Made by a program: the position numbers and the translations under genes. The notes beneath the pieces are model-generated. The model worked only from the letters and a program-made list of their open reading frames with translations, ran no database searches and was not told the DNA's origin. A stretch of DNA of 64,000 bases from Heptranchias perlo (Eukaryota). The stretch lies in contig NC_090330.1 in the NCBI RefSeq assembly GCF_035084215.1, positions 58,776,001-58,840,000 on the forward strand. The letters run 5' to 3'. Below are positions 63,745-64,000 of the stretch, in pieces (positions within the stretch are counted from its first letter, which is position 1; the number at the start of each line of letters is the position of its first letter).

Positions 63745-63860
63745 ATGAGTTGAGTTAGCTGATCTTCACAGCAGTGACAGTAGGGGCCCTACAATTGGCA
63801 TCAGCAACCCTGGTTTAGCAAAGGACAAAAAATCAGCCACGGTTCATACTCCTGATTGGA
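63745..63860 (+). mobile_element. AmnSINE2-like SINE fragment
   Basis: tgagttagctgatct...taggggccctacaattggc...aaaaatcagccacggttcatactcctgat. Confidence 0.55.
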
Positions 63861-64000
63861 AACATACTCCAACGTGAGTCAGAAAAGAAGGGGTGCAGAT
63901 ATTTTATAATGAATATGAGGGGAGAAAACTGGGAGGAGTTAGTGAGAAACAATGATAATATCACTTGAAGGTTTCATAAACAATTGAATAACGTCTTTTA

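Overview
Vertebrate nuclear DNA, most likely from a cartilaginous fish (shark-type CR1/L2 LINEs, DeuSINE and AmnSINE2-like SINEs, many PIF/Harbinger elements); the species assignment is an inference. The window holds the 5' half of the angiomotin-like 1 gene (AMOTL1, + strand). Well-supported exons are 54255-54410, 55483-56410 (LPTY/PPEY WW-binding motifs, LATS site HVRSLS) and 60556-60823 (start of the coiled coil). Two candidate upstream in-frame exons (12410-12530 and 20317-20367) would add a SAM-domain-like N-terminus. A CpG-rich putative promoter at about 32.9-33.7 kb carries a tandem TEAD site. A large part of the rest is nested transposon sequence: many truncated CR1 LINEs, L2 3' ends, a complete but decayed 3.8-kb two-gene Harbinger, a family of Harbinger-type MITEs with 3-bp TSDs, one hAT MITE with an 8-bp TSD, and a LINE 5' end in which a tRNA-like Pol III head sits directly in front of the endonuclease with no ORF1. 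Two long intronic inverted LINE pairs could fold into dsRNA. There is one 136-N assembly gap inside a poly-C minisatellite. No rRNA, true tRNA or CRISPR array was seen. Family names and human-protein comparisons come from recall, not database searches.
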